From: an uncultured Methanomassiliicoccales archaeon
Lineage (GTDB): Archaea > Thermoplasmatota > Thermoplasmata > Methanomassiliicoccales > UBA472
Length of the DNA: 64,000 nucleotides
Assembly (NCBI GenBank): GCA_963695345.1
Contig: OY968769.1
Span: 512,001-576,000, forward strand
Direction: 5' to 3'
The notes under the pieces are model-generated. The model ran no database searches, was not told the origin of the DNA, and saw only the letters and a list, made by a program, of their open reading frames with translations. Both the position numbers and the translations under genes were made by a program. Positions 20,882 through 31,736 of the stretch are shown piece by piece; the stretch's first letter is position 1, and each line of letters starts with the position of its first letter.

Positions 20882-21253
20882 TCAATCCTCGGCCGAGCTC
20901 AAGGCGTTCCACTGCATCTCGTGATGCACTCCGCCTTTGGTGAGGATCTTGCTCATCTTTTCCGCCACCCGGACGACCTCGCCGCTCTTCGACGAACCCC
21001 GAATGTAGAACTCTTTGCGGGTCATCGGGAAGACCAGCCTCATGCGGCCTTTCCGGTTGTATCCCTCAGGCTTCTTGTTATGCTCCAGTTCAGCCTGGTT
21101 GAGGTAGATGAACATCTGCATTACGTCCGGATCCTCGGGAACCTGGTCGGTTTCCTGCAGGAATGTTGTGAGCACCTCCGGGAAGACCTTCGCCACGTCC
21201 TTGTAGTCTGTGTCATCCTTCAATACGAAATGCCCGCTTGACGCCTTCATCAA
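20882..21253 (-). CDS. Hypothetical protein
   Basis: 123-aa ORF with native-like codon use. Confidence 0.7.
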   Translation of the reverse strand: MMKASSGHFVLKDDTDYKDVAKVFPEVLTTFLQETDQVPEDPDVMQMFIYLNQAELEHNKKPEGYNRKGRMRLVFPMTRKEFYIRGSSKSGEVVRVAEKMSKILTKGGVHHEMQWNALSSAED

Positions 21254-21638
21254 CTCATTCGATGAATATCAGTCTATTTAACCTTTATTCAGATATCGAA
21301 CATTGTGTCGTTTGCCGAAGGTCCACTTATGTATGGCCAGATATGAGAATTTTGCCCAGTAGGACCGGCAGAATGAAATGGATATGGTCATGATCACGCG
21401 GAACTTCCTAGAATTGCCCACCCTGGTGGTGATTAGAATGGACCATCTTCAGACGTATCATTTGGATTGATAGGGGAAAGTGTGATTAATCCGGTTTGGA
21501 AATGGCGGGCATTTGAGCACTTCCTCTAAGAATGAATGGGCCTAACTGATTCCATCAGGGAAAGGAAGGACGGCCTCAGATTTGACATTATAAGAAGGAA
21601 TGAAGGCTTGAGCCATTAAATGGAAATCACGGCCAACA

Positions 21639-22460
21639 TCAGACCACCTTATCCCCCCTCTTCCTGGGAATAATCTCCTTGTCTACGATATTCCCATAGG
21701 GACAGGCGATGTTGCATATGGTGCATTCCATAAACCCCCTTTCTGTAGTGTGACGTATGTATTTTTCATGCTTGGGCTCGATGTTCCTGTCGAACTCATG
21801 GGATACGACACACTTTGCATAGTCCACTTTCTTCCCTGGTTCCACACCTTGCGATGGTCCAGGAATGATGGCCTGGTAAGGACAGGACTTGACACAGAGG
21901 GATTCATTCTTGCATAGAAGCTGCTCAGCACATAGGTTCCTGGTAAATGGTTTGTCTGGAATTAGGTCAGCGTCGATCAGTATCGTCACCCACCTTACCC
22001 TTGGGCCGTATTCAGGAGTGATCACTTGTGTGTTATGCCCGATGAAGCCGAGACCGGCCAGGTGGGCTGCCACCTTCTCGTGAACGGCGTGGGTCGGAAC
22101 CGCTTTGATTTTTTTGGAGTCGTGCAACCAATCAGCTATCCGCCATGCTCGTGTTTCCAGAACCTCGTAATACATGTTGAGATAATCGGCTACGCCACCG
22201 CTGAAATCGCCATTCCCCACTGCTGCCACAGCAGTGTTCAATGCTTCATCCCATATCACCATTCCAAGGACCACGGCTGACCTAGCGTTCTTCATCACTT
22301 CGGAGGGACGCATGAGGCCTCTGCCTGCTGGAAATTCCACACCCTCCAGCCTGTTAATGTCAGATACTCCAAAAAGCTGGAATCCCATCTCCATGGCCTT
22401 GATCTTCAGCTCTTGCCTCAAGTCGGTCGCACAGTTGTCGCTTTCAGAAATTTGGGTCAT
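21639..22460 (-). CDS. Epoxyqueuosine reductase-like / reductive dehalogenase-like Fe-S protein
   Basis: AAHLAGLGFIGHN, ITPEYGPRVR, C..C...C..CP and C..C..ACP clusters. Confidence 0.75.
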   Translation of the reverse strand: MTQISESDNCATDLRQELKIKAMEMGFQLFGVSDINRLEGVEFPAGRGLMRPSEVMKNARSAVVLGMVIWDEALNTAVAAVGNGDFSGGVADYLNMYYEVLETRAWRIADWLHDSKKIKAVPTHAVHEKVAAHLAGLGFIGHNTQVITPEYGPRVRWVTILIDADLIPDKPFTRNLCAEQLLCKNESLCVKSCPYQAIIPGPSQGVEPGKKVDYAKCVVSHEFDRNIEPKHEKYIRHTTERGFMECTICNIACPYGNIVDKEIIPRKRGDKVV

Positions 22461-22786
22461 TGCTTCGCAACATTCTTTGTGGATTTATAAAATTTATCTC
22501 AAACAAGATTTCGGTTCACCTATTGAGCCCAAAATCATTGTTCGTTCATGTTAAGATCTCCAGACAGCCCATCATCTGGATTGCTTCGAATCGGATCGAA
22601 TAGCTCTTTTCCACACTTTGCTAAGACAAGGGACAAAATGGTCACCTCAACGATGAGCCCCAGCCCGGGCTTCCACCCGCCATTCCAAGGTATGAAAGAT
22701 CCTCTATTATTGATCTTTACCCTTGATATCTTATCTGGATTATTACCTGGCACATTTGTTTAAATCGGAGAAACCAATATCTTGGC

Positions 22787-24100
22787 ATGCCTACGGTCCT
22801 GACCATCGCAGGAACTGATTCCGTCGGAGGGGCGGGCGTGGCCGCCGATCTCAAGGCCTTCTCGTCGATGGACCTGCATGGTTGTTGCGTTATCACGGCC
22901 GTCACATCTCAGAATACCCAGAAGGTATCCGGTATCCACCCGGTTCCGGCGGAGATGGTGGCTTCGCAGCTCGACGCCGTTTTCCAGGACATCAAGATCG
23001 ATGCGGTCAAGACTGGCATGATCTATTCCGCAGAGATAGCCGAGGTCGTTGCTGGTAAGATCGAGGAGGAACAGGTCCCACTGGTGGTGGACCCGGTACT
23101 CTGCGCGGGTGTCGGTACGTCCCTTTTCCGAGAGGACCTCAGGTCCGCCGTTTTCACCCGCCTTTTCCCACTGGCCACGGTCGTGACCCCAAACCGGATG
23201 GAGGCGGAGGAATTCTCTTCCATCAAGATCCGGGATGACCAGGGCTCGGAGGAGGCCTGCAACGCCATCTCCTCCAGCGGAGCCCGGGCGGTACTGCTGA
23301 AAGGTGGACATTTCGAAGGTCCCCTGGTCACCGACCTTCTCCTCCAGGACGGGCAATTCACCGAGTTCACTTCCCCACGGCTCCCGATCAAGGTGCATGG
23401 TTCTGGGTGTACCCTCTCATCGTACATCGCCGGATACCTCGCCCAGGGATGCGACGTCAAGAGGGCGGTCTCTGGCTCGAAAAGACGTGTGCAGGACGCC
23501 ATTGCCATGTCATCCACCCTCGGGAAGGGCATGGCCATCGTCAATCCCATGGCGACAAAGCAGAAGGAGGCGATGCGCTACCCTCGGATAGGATCGATGC
23601 GTAAAGCGGTGGCGTCCCTCGCTCGGCACCTGCCGGATTCTATTGTCCCCGAGGAAGGGATGGAATTCGTGTATGCCCTTCCAAATCCACAGGACTTTCA
23701 GGAGATATGCGGTCTGGAGATCGGCAAGTTCAGATCGGCCGGAGGATGTGAACCCCAACGCGACGTGGCCTTCGGGACAAGGGGCTGGATATCCAGCGCG
23801 ATCATGATGACCTGCATCGAACACCCGGAACTGCTATCGGGGATAGAACTGAGGTACTCCCAACGGACCGAACGGATGCTACTTGAACAGGGGATCTCCA
23901 CATTGGTGACCAGGTACCGCAGGGACGAGGATGTCCTGGTGACAATAATCGAGGGAGCTGACCGTCCATCCAAACAATTAGGTTTATTATCAGGTTCAAT
24001 ATTAAAGCTGGAAGGAATGGGAATAGAACCGAGGATCGGTCTATTGGGCAAGGACCCTGATGAAATACTAAAAATGATCGGCCCTTGCTTGGATGGGTGA
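22787..24100 (+). CDS. thiD: Hydroxymethylpyrimidine/phosphomethylpyrimidine kinase with a divergent ThiN-like C-terminal domain
   Basis: LTIAGTDSVGGAGVAADLK, TSQNT, VKTGM, VTPN, KGGH, HGSGCT; C-terminal VPE.GM...YALP and GMGIEP. Confidence 0.88.
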   Translation: MPTVLTIAGTDSVGGAGVAADLKAFSSMDLHGCCVITAVTSQNTQKVSGIHPVPAEMVASQLDAVFQDIKIDAVKTGMIYSAEIAEVVAGKIEEEQVPLVVDPVLCAGVGTSLFREDLRSAVFTRLFPLATVVTPNRMEAEEFSSIKIRDDQGSEEACNAISSSGARAVLLKGGHFEGPLVTDLLLQDGQFTEFTSPRLPIKVHGSGCTLSSYIAGYLAQGCDVKRAVSGSKRRVQDAIAMSSTLGKGMAIVNPMATKQKEAMRYPRIGSMRKAVASLARHLPDSIVPEEGMEFVYALPNPQDFQEICGLEIGKFRSAGGCEPQRDVAFGTRGWISSAIMMTCIEHPELLSGIELRYSQRTERMLLEQGISTLVTRYRRDEDVLVTIIEGADRPSKQLGLLSGSILKLEGMGIEPRIGLLGKDPDEILKMIGPCLDG

Positions 24101-25265
24101 AGAGATGAGAATAGCCATGTTCACGGACAGTTACCTCCCGTCAAGGGACGGAGTGGTGACTTCCATACTTCTTTCAAGAAAGAGCCTGGAGGCTCTTGGC
24201 CATGAGGTCATCATCTTTGCCCCGGAACCGAAGGACCCCAAACAGCGGGAGGACGGGGTCTATTATTTCCGGTCCAAGAGCTTCAACTCCTACCAAGGGT
24301 ACTCCATACCCATGTTCCCCACCGACAAATGCCATATCCTGAAGAAGCTAGACGTGGACATCATCCATGCGCAGGGACTTCTCTTCATGGGTCTCAGGAG
24401 CATGCTCGCCGGAAGGACCCTGAGGTTGCCGGTGGTCGTTTCCTTTCACACGATGATCACCGATGCGGCCAAGTTCTACAATTTCACACCGTTACCGGAC
24501 TGGGTCGTCACAAGGCTCATGTGGACCTATCTCAAGGACCTGCTGAAACGGGCCGACTCGGTGATCGTCCCGACGAACGCCATCAAGGTCGAGCTCGAGG
24601 AATCGGTGAAGCGGATGAGGCACATCGAGGTCATACCGACCGGGGTGGACACCACCATGTTCAGTCCGCTGAACGACGGTTCCGCCATGCGGAAGAAATA
24701 CGGCCTGGATGGAGGCAAGGTCATCCTGACAGTGGGCAGGATCGCCTGGGAAAAGAACCTGGACCTGATCATGGAAGGGTTCAAGATCCTGCACGAGCGG
24801 GACCCTGAGACCAAGCTCATGGTGGCCGGCGAAGGGCCGGCGAAAGGCCACGCCAAGCAAAAGGCTATCGACCTGGGGATCCAGAACAGCACCTTCTTTC
24901 CCGGGTTCGTACCGGACGAAGACCTTCCTGGATTGTACGCGGCCTGCGATGCGTTCACCATCGCCTCGAAGTTCGAGACCCAAGGACTGGTCGTCCTGGA
25001 GGCCATGGCGACGGGAAAGCCATGCAGCGGCATCAACTACCGGGCGATAGCCGAGATCATAAAGAACAACGTGAACGGCTTCACGTTCTCGGAGAGCCCG
25101 GAAAGTTGGGCGATCGCCACCCAGATGGCCCTGGGATCGAATGGCAGTTTATCGGCCCAGGCAAGGGCGAGGGCCGAGGAGTACTCCCTGACGGAGAGCG
25201 CCAAGAAGCTGGTGGACCTCTATGAGTACGCCATCGAGGCGAAGAAGAAGAGACTGGCCAGGTAA
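24093..25265 (+). CDS. GT4 glycosyltransferase (glycolipid glucosyltransferase-like)
   Basis: MRIAMFTDSYLP..DGVVTSI, VGRIAWEKN, ETQGLVVLEAMA. Confidence 0.9.
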   Translation: MGEEMRIAMFTDSYLPSRDGVVTSILLSRKSLEALGHEVIIFAPEPKDPKQREDGVYYFRSKSFNSYQGYSIPMFPTDKCHILKKLDVDIIHAQGLLFMGLRSMLAGRTLRLPVVVSFHTMITDAAKFYNFTPLPDWVVTRLMWTYLKDLLKRADSVIVPTNAIKVELEESVKRMRHIEVIPTGVDTTMFSPLNDGSAMRKKYGLDGGKVILTVGRIAWEKNLDLIMEGFKILHERDPETKLMVAGEGPAKGHAKQKAIDLGIQNSTFFPGFVPDEDLPGLYAACDAFTIASKFETQGLVVLEAMATGKPCSGINYRAIAEIIKNNVNGFTFSESPESWAIATQMALGSNGSLSAQARARAEEYSLTESAKKLVDLYEYAIEAKKKRLAR

Positions 25266-25267
25266 TG

Positions 25268-26440
25268 TCAGACCATTTGCCGGTAGGACCTGTCCCACTC
25301 ATTGGCGATGACGTCCCAATCGAACCTTTCCACTGCCCGTTCCCTCGAATTCCTTCCCATTTCTACCCTCCTCACCCGGTCGGTGAGCAGCCCAATCATG
25401 CTCCTGGCCAATGCCTCCGGGTCCCTGGGCGGGACTATCTCGCCGCACTCGGGAGACACTATCTCCCGGTTCCCCCCGGCCGATGTGGCGACGACCGGTT
25501 TTGCGCTTGACAATGCCTCATAGAGGACCACCGCGCTTGGTTCGTAGAGAGAAGGCAGGGCGAAGATATCGGCCATGCCGTAGTAGAGGGGCAGTTCTGG
25601 CTCAGGGATCCCGGTGACGAACCTGACCGACCCCCCAAGACCTAGCGAGGACGCCTGCTGTGTCAGCCTCTCCTTCAGAGGACCTCTTCCGATTATTACC
25701 AGTTGAGCATCCTTTATCTCCCTCCGGACGGCGGAGAACGCGTCGATCAGATATCGGAATCCCTTCTGTTCGATGAGCCTGCCGTTGGATAGGATGATCG
25801 GCCCCTCCCCCATGCCAAGATCCTCTCGTAGCCCGGAAAAGTCGAGGCCGGGCTTGAACTTGGAGGTGTCCACGCCGTTGTAGACCACGGAACAGCGCCC
25901 ATGTATCGGGTCAGGTATGGTGTCGACCATGGCGGCTTGGCTGACGCAGTTGATACGGTCGCACATGGAGAATATCCAGTTCCCTATCATGTCATCGTAT
26001 AGCCCGCCCCAGAAATCAACGCTTGGCGAGATCCCCCGGGGTCTGGCATTATGAATGGTCAGCATGAGCTTCTTCCCTATCGCGCGTTTCACCTTGCGGT
26101 AGGTGGAGGGCGAGTACCAGAACCGGTTGTGCACATGGAAAATGTCGCTATCCGCACTCTCCCTGGTCATGTCCCGGTTGATGGAGGGCGTGAAAGTGAA
26201 GGGAGGGGGAAGGAATAGCGGCATCCTTTCAAAGAACACGGAAGGTGAGCGGATGACATTGATCCCTTTGATGTCTTCCCTCCGGACACCTTTGGCCTGA
26301 GGGATCATCGAGGTAATCACGTCCACATGGTATCCGTGGTCCCTGACCAGGCGGCTTCCCACCTCCAGAACTACCTTCTCAGTCCCTCCGTAGTAAGGGA
26401 AGAACAAGGGGTCCAACATGCAGACTCTGAGACCGTTCAC
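25268..26440 (-). CDS. GT4 glycosyltransferase
   Basis: PYYGGTEK, YNGVD, GRLIEQKG, PSLYEPSAVVLYEALS; probable GTG start near 26440. Confidence 0.9.
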   Translation of the reverse strand: MNGLRVCMLDPLFFPYYGGTEKVVLEVGSRLVRDHGYHVDVITSMIPQAKGVRREDIKGINVIRSPSVFFERMPLFLPPPFTFTPSINRDMTRESADSDIFHVHNRFWYSPSTYRKVKRAIGKKLMLTIHNARPRGISPSVDFWGGLYDDMIGNWIFSMCDRINCVSQAAMVDTIPDPIHGRCSVVYNGVDTSKFKPGLDFSGLREDLGMGEGPIILSNGRLIEQKGFRYLIDAFSAVRREIKDAQLVIIGRGPLKERLTQQASSLGLGGSVRFVTGIPEPELPLYYGMADIFALPSLYEPSAVVLYEALSSAKPVVATSAGGNREIVSPECGEIVPPRDPEALARSMIGLLTDRVRRVEMGRNSRERAVERFDWDVIANEWDRSYRQMV

Positions 26441-26708
26441 GGCATCCAGTTTGATATTGTGCAACGGTATAAAAACATTGATAAAAGGCAATCCCAGGAT
26501 AGGGCGGGACGTTCTCTTGATCATTTCGACACGGCCGGACGGCCCAAGATGGGACTTTAGAAAATAGCGTCGTGAAGACAAGCGAAAGCAATATTAACGA
26601 ACATTTGTTCAGCGTCCTTGAGATGTTCGATATTGGCGTCGTTGATCGGCGTCATCGCGATAAGCCTGACCCTTTCAGAGCTGATACGCAAGAAATTGGT
26701 GATGACAT

Positions 26709-27788
26709 ATGAAAGTGGTCGAAGTAAACGCGTTCCATTACCCGTACATGGGCGGCATCGAACACCGCATACACCACCAGTCCCGCCGGTTGGGAAAGAA
26801 GCACAAGGTTACGGTGCTTACGTCCCGCCTTCCCGGCACACCCGAAAGGGAGCGGATGGACAACTATGATGTGGTACGGCTTGACTCGAGATATGTCAAC
26901 CTTTACAATCCCCCCCATGTCACCACTCCAGGCATCCTCGAGGCGCTGGATGAGCTGGACCCGGACATAGTCGACTTTCATTACCGGTGGTCGGGGACCT
27001 ACAACAAGGCGGCCCGCGTCTATGACGGTGCCAAGACCTTCACTTTTCACAACACCTTTGGCGAGGGCGTCGGGTTCCTAAGACCGCTGTCCATCCTCAA
27101 CGACAGTCTCTGGAAACGTCACCTCCTGAAGTTCAGGAAGATGATCTGCGTCAGCGAGTTCGTCAGGAACGACCTGATATCCAGAGGCTTTGACCCCGAT
27201 CGGTTGGAGGTCGTCTCCAGTTGCATAGAGATGCCCCTGCCGAGAGATACGGAGGAACAGGACTACGTCCTGTTCGTGGGAAGACTGGTCGCCACCAAGG
27301 GCATTCCGTACATCCTGCAGGCAATGAAAGATGTCGATACCCGCCTGGTCATATGCGGGGACGGGCCTTCCCGGCATAGCCTGGAACGGATGGCGGTTAA
27401 ACTTGGGGTCAGAGATAAGGTTACTTTCGAAGGCAGGGTGTCTGAGGAAAGAAAGGCTGACCTATTCGCCGGATGCAAGATGCTCGTTATGCCCTCGATC
27501 TTCGAATCGTTGGGACTGGCAGCGGCAGAGGCGATGTCGTATGGGAAACCAGTCATAGGCTCGACCTCGGGAGGTCTCCCGGAGGTGGTGGGGAATGGAG
27601 GCCTGGTCGTTCCGCCCGAGAACTCCCGTGAACTCGCCGAGGCGATGAAGAAACTGCTCATGGACGATGAGCTCAGACATTCCCTGGGGGCGAAGGCAAA
27701 GATAAGGGCAGCCCAATACTCCTGGGACCTGGCAGTGGAGAAGATCGAGAATATCTATTCATCGATCATGTCAGATTCAAAACAATAA
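26709..27788 (+). CDS. GT4 glycosyltransferase
   Basis: YPYMGGIE, FVGRLVATKG, ESLGLAAAEAMSYGKP. Confidence 0.9.
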   Translation: MKVVEVNAFHYPYMGGIEHRIHHQSRRLGKKHKVTVLTSRLPGTPERERMDNYDVVRLDSRYVNLYNPPHVTTPGILEALDELDPDIVDFHYRWSGTYNKAARVYDGAKTFTFHNTFGEGVGFLRPLSILNDSLWKRHLLKFRKMICVSEFVRNDLISRGFDPDRLEVVSSCIEMPLPRDTEEQDYVLFVGRLVATKGIPYILQAMKDVDTRLVICGDGPSRHSLERMAVKLGVRDKVTFEGRVSEERKADLFAGCKMLVMPSIFESLGLAAAEAMSYGKPVIGSTSGGLPEVVGNGGLVVPPENSRELAEAMKKLLMDDELRHSLGAKAKIRAAQYSWDLAVEKIENIYSSIMSDSKQ

Positions 27789-27818
27789 TGGAAAACGGTT
27801 TGAAAAGTGATAGCCCGA

Positions 27819-28724
27819 TCACACGAAGGTGACAAGGGTTATCGTGAACGTCAGCGTTTTTCCGATGAGCTCAGTGTTGGCGTTCCTCGATGCCGTTCCG
27901 GCGGCGGTGCTTACGTTGTCCAGTATGAACAATGTCCCCGCCGAGTCCACACCGCGGACCATTCCAGAGTCGGTGTCAGTTATATCGTGGACCAGGACGA
28001 TCTGCCCCGCTTCGGAGATGGAGGTGTCAACGGTCGTCACCGTGATGTTCCATCCGGCCGCGCTTTGGGTGGAATTACTGAATATGAGGTATTTCTGACC
28101 CTGCACCGGTGCGTTCTGGACCCTGACATTGTCCGCTTCGGAGTTGGCGATCAGCACATTGACCGGCCACTTGTAGACCGGGTCGGTGACCGTCATCCCT
28201 GCCACTGCGGTGACCGAGTAGATCGTCTTGAACTGGGCGAACGACATGTTCTCGTAGACGGTCTTGGTCTCGGTCAGGGTGAAGTTCTTGACCTTGCTCT
28301 GGACCAGGTTTCCATATCCTTCCGAGGGAGGGATATCGACCGTCTTGGTCTCTCCGACCTTCATTCCGATGACCGCGTTATTGAAACCGGTGATCAGAGA
28401 ACCCGATCCAACCGTGAACGACAGCGGTGTGTAGGATGCGTTGGACCTAAGGGTGAATGACAATGATTTTGGAACCGATGCATCATTTGCTACGCTGGCC
28501 AGGGATGTGTCAAAGACCCTTCCGTCCGCCAGCTTGCCGATGTAATCGACCTTGACCGTGTCCCCGGTGGCGACCGCGCGGTTCTTCTTGTTCGTTTCTT
28601 CCTGATTTCCCTGGTAAAGTACTATGACGAGCGTGCTCGCGCTCAGCATGACGAGGACGATGATGATTATCAGCGCCGTCTTAGCCAGACCGCTCGTGTC
28701 ATTCTTCAACTTCTTCGGGAACAT
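27819..28724 (-). CDS. Membrane-anchored FKBP-type peptidyl-prolyl isomerase
   Basis: N-terminal TM; GDTVKVDYIGKLADGRVFDTS, LITGFNNAVIGM.VGE, IPPSEGYG, NTELIGKTLTF. Confidence 0.88.
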   Translation of the reverse strand: MFPKKLKNDTSGLAKTALIIIIVLVMLSASTLVIVLYQGNQEETNKKNRAVATGDTVKVDYIGKLADGRVFDTSLASVANDASVPKSLSFTLRSNASYTPLSFTVGSGSLITGFNNAVIGMKVGETKTVDIPPSEGYGNLVQSKVKNFTLTETKTVYENMSFAQFKTIYSVTAVAGMTVTDPVYKWPVNVLIANSEADNVRVQNAPVQGQKYLIFSNSTQSAAGWNITVTTVDTSISEAGQIVLVHDITDTDSGMVRGVDSAGTLFILDNVSTAAGTASRNANTELIGKTLTFTITLVTFV

Positions 28725-29003
28725 AGTGATTACAGGGCACGCAATCGATTCTCTGCACTTAAACCTTGTCGTTATTGCTGGCTATGGCCTCAAGGCTCCT
28801 CCGGGACCTCGAATAACCGGTGTCCTTTGCGCATAGGAGGCATCGAGCCTCAATTTGGCTCCGTCTAATTTCTAGCGTGCGTTCGTCCTTACTATTCTGA
28901 TCCTTGATGGCCAGTCTCGAAAAAATTCAAGGACGATGTACTCTCCGGACATTCTTTTTATATCACACGGGCGTTTATTGGCTCATTCGATAATGGCGAT
29001 AAG

Positions 29004-30718
29004 ATGAAGACCCTTTACATTCACGCCGATTACATGGAGTACGAGACCAAGAAGCCTACTCCAGTGGCCGAGAAGGATATCCCCGAGGACAGCACAAGGG
29101 CCGAGCCGAGGAAGTGCTCGTCGCATTCACGACGGTCGAGAAGCAGGACCAGGAAAGTCTGGATGAGGTTGCCGACCTGGCAGTGAAGAGCCTGCTGGAA
29201 ATACTGACGAAGGTCAAGGCGGAAAGGGTGATGCTCTACCCCTACGCACACCTTTCATCGGAGCTTTCCGATCCGGAGTCAGGAAAGAAGATGCTGAGGA
29301 CGATGGAGGCCATGCCTCAAGGAAAAGGGGGTGGAGGTATCCCGGGCTCCCTTCGGCTGGTACAAGGCGTTCAAGATAAGCTGCAAAGGGCATCCGCTCT
29401 CCGAGCTGTCCAGAGAGATCAGGATCGCACCGAAGAAAGCAGAACAGACGGAACAGATCGACAACATCGCCCTGCTGAAACAGATCTCCAAGGCCAAACT
29501 GAGCAAGGATAACCTGAAGGACAACGACCATCGGATCCTGGGGCAGAAACTGGACCTGTTCAGCTTCTACGACGTCGCCCCGGGAATGGTGTTCTGGCAC
29601 GCCAAGGGGCTGATCATCAGGAACGCCCTGATCGATTTCTGGAGGGACGAGCACCGCAAGGCCGGATACCAGGAGATCAAGACCCCCCAGATCATGAGCG
29701 ACATCCTTTGGAAGGTGTCCGGTCACTGGGAACACTACAAGGACAACATCTTTCTCACCAGCTATGACCAGACCGGCAATTCTGTGCCAAACCGATGAAC
29801 TGCCCGGGCGGCATACTGGTGTTCAACAGCAGGGAGAGGAGCTACCGGGAGCTGCCACTGCGCATGTCGGAGCTCGGCGAGGTCCACCGGGTGGAACTGT
29901 CCGGTGTGCTTTCCGGCCTGTTCAGAGTCATCCAGTTCACCCAGGATGATGCGCACGTCTATTGCATGGAAGAACAGCTGGAGAGCGAGATCAACGCCAT
30001 CATCAGCCTCATCGACAAGTTCTACAAGCTGTTCGGTTTCCAATACCGCATGGAGCTGTCCACAAAGCCGGAGAACTCGATGGGGGATCCGCTGCTGTGG
30101 GAAAAGGCAGAAAGCACCTTGAAAAAAGTGCTCGATGGCAGGAACGTCACATACGAGATCAACGCCGGGGACGGCGCCTTCTATGGACCGAAGATCGATT
30201 TCAAGATCAGGGACTCGCTGAACCGGGAATGGCAGACGGCGACCATCCAGCTGGATTTCCAGATGCCTGAGAGGTTCCAGATAAAGTACGCAGGGGATGA
30301 CGGGAGGATGCACCAACCGATCATGCTGCACAGGACCATCTACGGTTCGCTGGAACGGTTCATGGGCATCCTGTTGGAGCACGTGAACGGCAATCTGCCG
30401 GTCTGGCTTGCACCGGTCCAGGTCCGGGTCATTTCGTTCAGGGAGAGCAACGCCAAGTCCTCGGAAGCGGTCTATCAGAGGCTCTTCGACCTCGGATACC
30501 GGGTGGAACTGGACCTCAGCCCGGGGACGGTCGAGGGCAAGATCAGGGACGCGGAGATGCAGAAGATCCCCTACATCATCGTGATGGGGGACAAGGAAGA
30601 GCAGTCCAACACCCTGGCGATAAGACGTCACGGAACCAAAGGAGCGAAGTTCGGCGTCAAGCTGGAAGATTTCGAGGGGCAGCTGGCCGAAGAATGCCGG
30701 ATGAAACAACTTAACTAA
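29004..30718 (+). CDS. thrS: Threonyl-tRNA synthetase, archaeal editing domain (about 3 frameshifts)
   Basis: [59 protein letters not shown]. Confidence 0.95.
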
Positions 30719-30966
30719 TCCTTTTCCCAGAATTTTTCTGTAAGAACTTGCAGGATGGCCCAGCTAGTCGGCGTGCGACCGAAAGGCCGTCCCTTCTCGG
30801 AACGAATTGAGTCGATGAACGCCCTAATCGATATGAAAAGCCGAGCGATGTGAAAGAAAGGGACACGAACGATGTGTGGACCTCGACCACTCGCTTTGAA
30901 ATAAATAGGATACGGGAATGTTCGATCATTCCCTGTTCGTTTTCAGCCCTTGTTTCCCAACTGTGC

Positions 30967-31575
30967 CTACCGCAGGTTGATCAATGCCGTGCTATAGAGG
31001 GAGGGGGTTGTGAAGCCGACCGTTGTCGAGGACCCGTATGACGGGATGATCTTGAGAGTGGCCGTGGACGTGTATCCCAGGGTCAGTCCGGTTATGCTGA
31101 CGGTGACCAGGTCTCCCTGTGAGACCACGCGGTTGTTACCGGTCCATAGGGACGCCGATCCGGTGGTGTTCGCCCCATACTTCGAATCGGCCACTGCACC
31201 GCTTGCGGTGGCAGACCCGGCGGCGAAGCCCAACAGGGCGTTGCTGTTGGAAGTGATCACCTGAATTGAGACCAAGTTCATGTTGACGTTAGGACTTCCG
31301 GCCTGGAGCCTTATCTGGATGGTGAGATCGGTGATCTGGGTATAGGCAGCGTTGACCGAACCGGTCACGTCCTGAACCACGAAACCGGAAGCGACGTTGT
31401 TGATCGCCTGGTCACCAGTGTTCTGGGCCTGTTCCCTTACTTTGTTGGCCGTTCCGATCAATACCGATGCCGCAACGGCCGCTATGAGGATCATGGCGAT
31501 GAAAATGATCATTGTTCCAACGCCCATCTCACCACTCCTGTTCCGCTTCAACCAGATCTTCTTCATGATTTTCAC
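30967..31575 (-). CDS. flaB: Archaellin (archaeal flagellin)
   Basis: Class III signal peptide KRNRSG|EMGVGTMIIFIAMILIAAVAASVLI and an archaellin-like body. Confidence 0.88.
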   Translation of the reverse strand: MKIMKKIWLKRNRSGEMGVGTMIIFIAMILIAAVAASVLIGTANKVREQAQNTGDQAINNVASGFVVQDVTGSVNAAYTQITDLTIQIRLQAGSPNVNMNLVSIQVITSNSNALLGFAAGSATASGAVADSKYGANTTGSASLWTGNNRVVSQGDLVTVSITGLTLGYTSTATLKIIPSYGSSTTVGFTTPSLYSTALINLR

Positions 31576-31661
31576 CGTGTATGCGATGACCGCTAGCGTG
31601 CAAGCATCGGCTCGCTAGTACTTTGTCCTCATATCCGTTACCGCGAGGCGGCGTATATGTA

Positions 31662-31736
31662 CCCAATAGTGCAAAATGTCATTATCGATATTGAGAAATT
31701 TGACAAGCGACCGGCGATCTGGCTCTCAATAGTGGG
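31662..31736. promoter_or_regulatory. Three imperfect TCAATATTGA-type palindromes upstream of the archaellin
   Basis: 31662 CCCAATAGTGCA, 31684 ATCGATATTGAG, 31725 CTCAATAGTGGG. Confidence 0.45.

Noticed and set aside
28785-28850. Possible hairpin upstream of thrS (T-box-like)
   Set aside because: No T-box consensus, it lies upstream of the likely TATA, and pairing is weak.
29004-29800. Split thrS (separate editing and catalytic genes, as in some Crenarchaeota)
   Set aside because: The breaks fall inside domains and are repaired by single-base changes; artefact.
30753-30792. GGATGGCC...GGCCGTCC stem containing GAAA, hammerhead-like
   Set aside because: Lacks the CUGANGA core; no support for a ribozyme.
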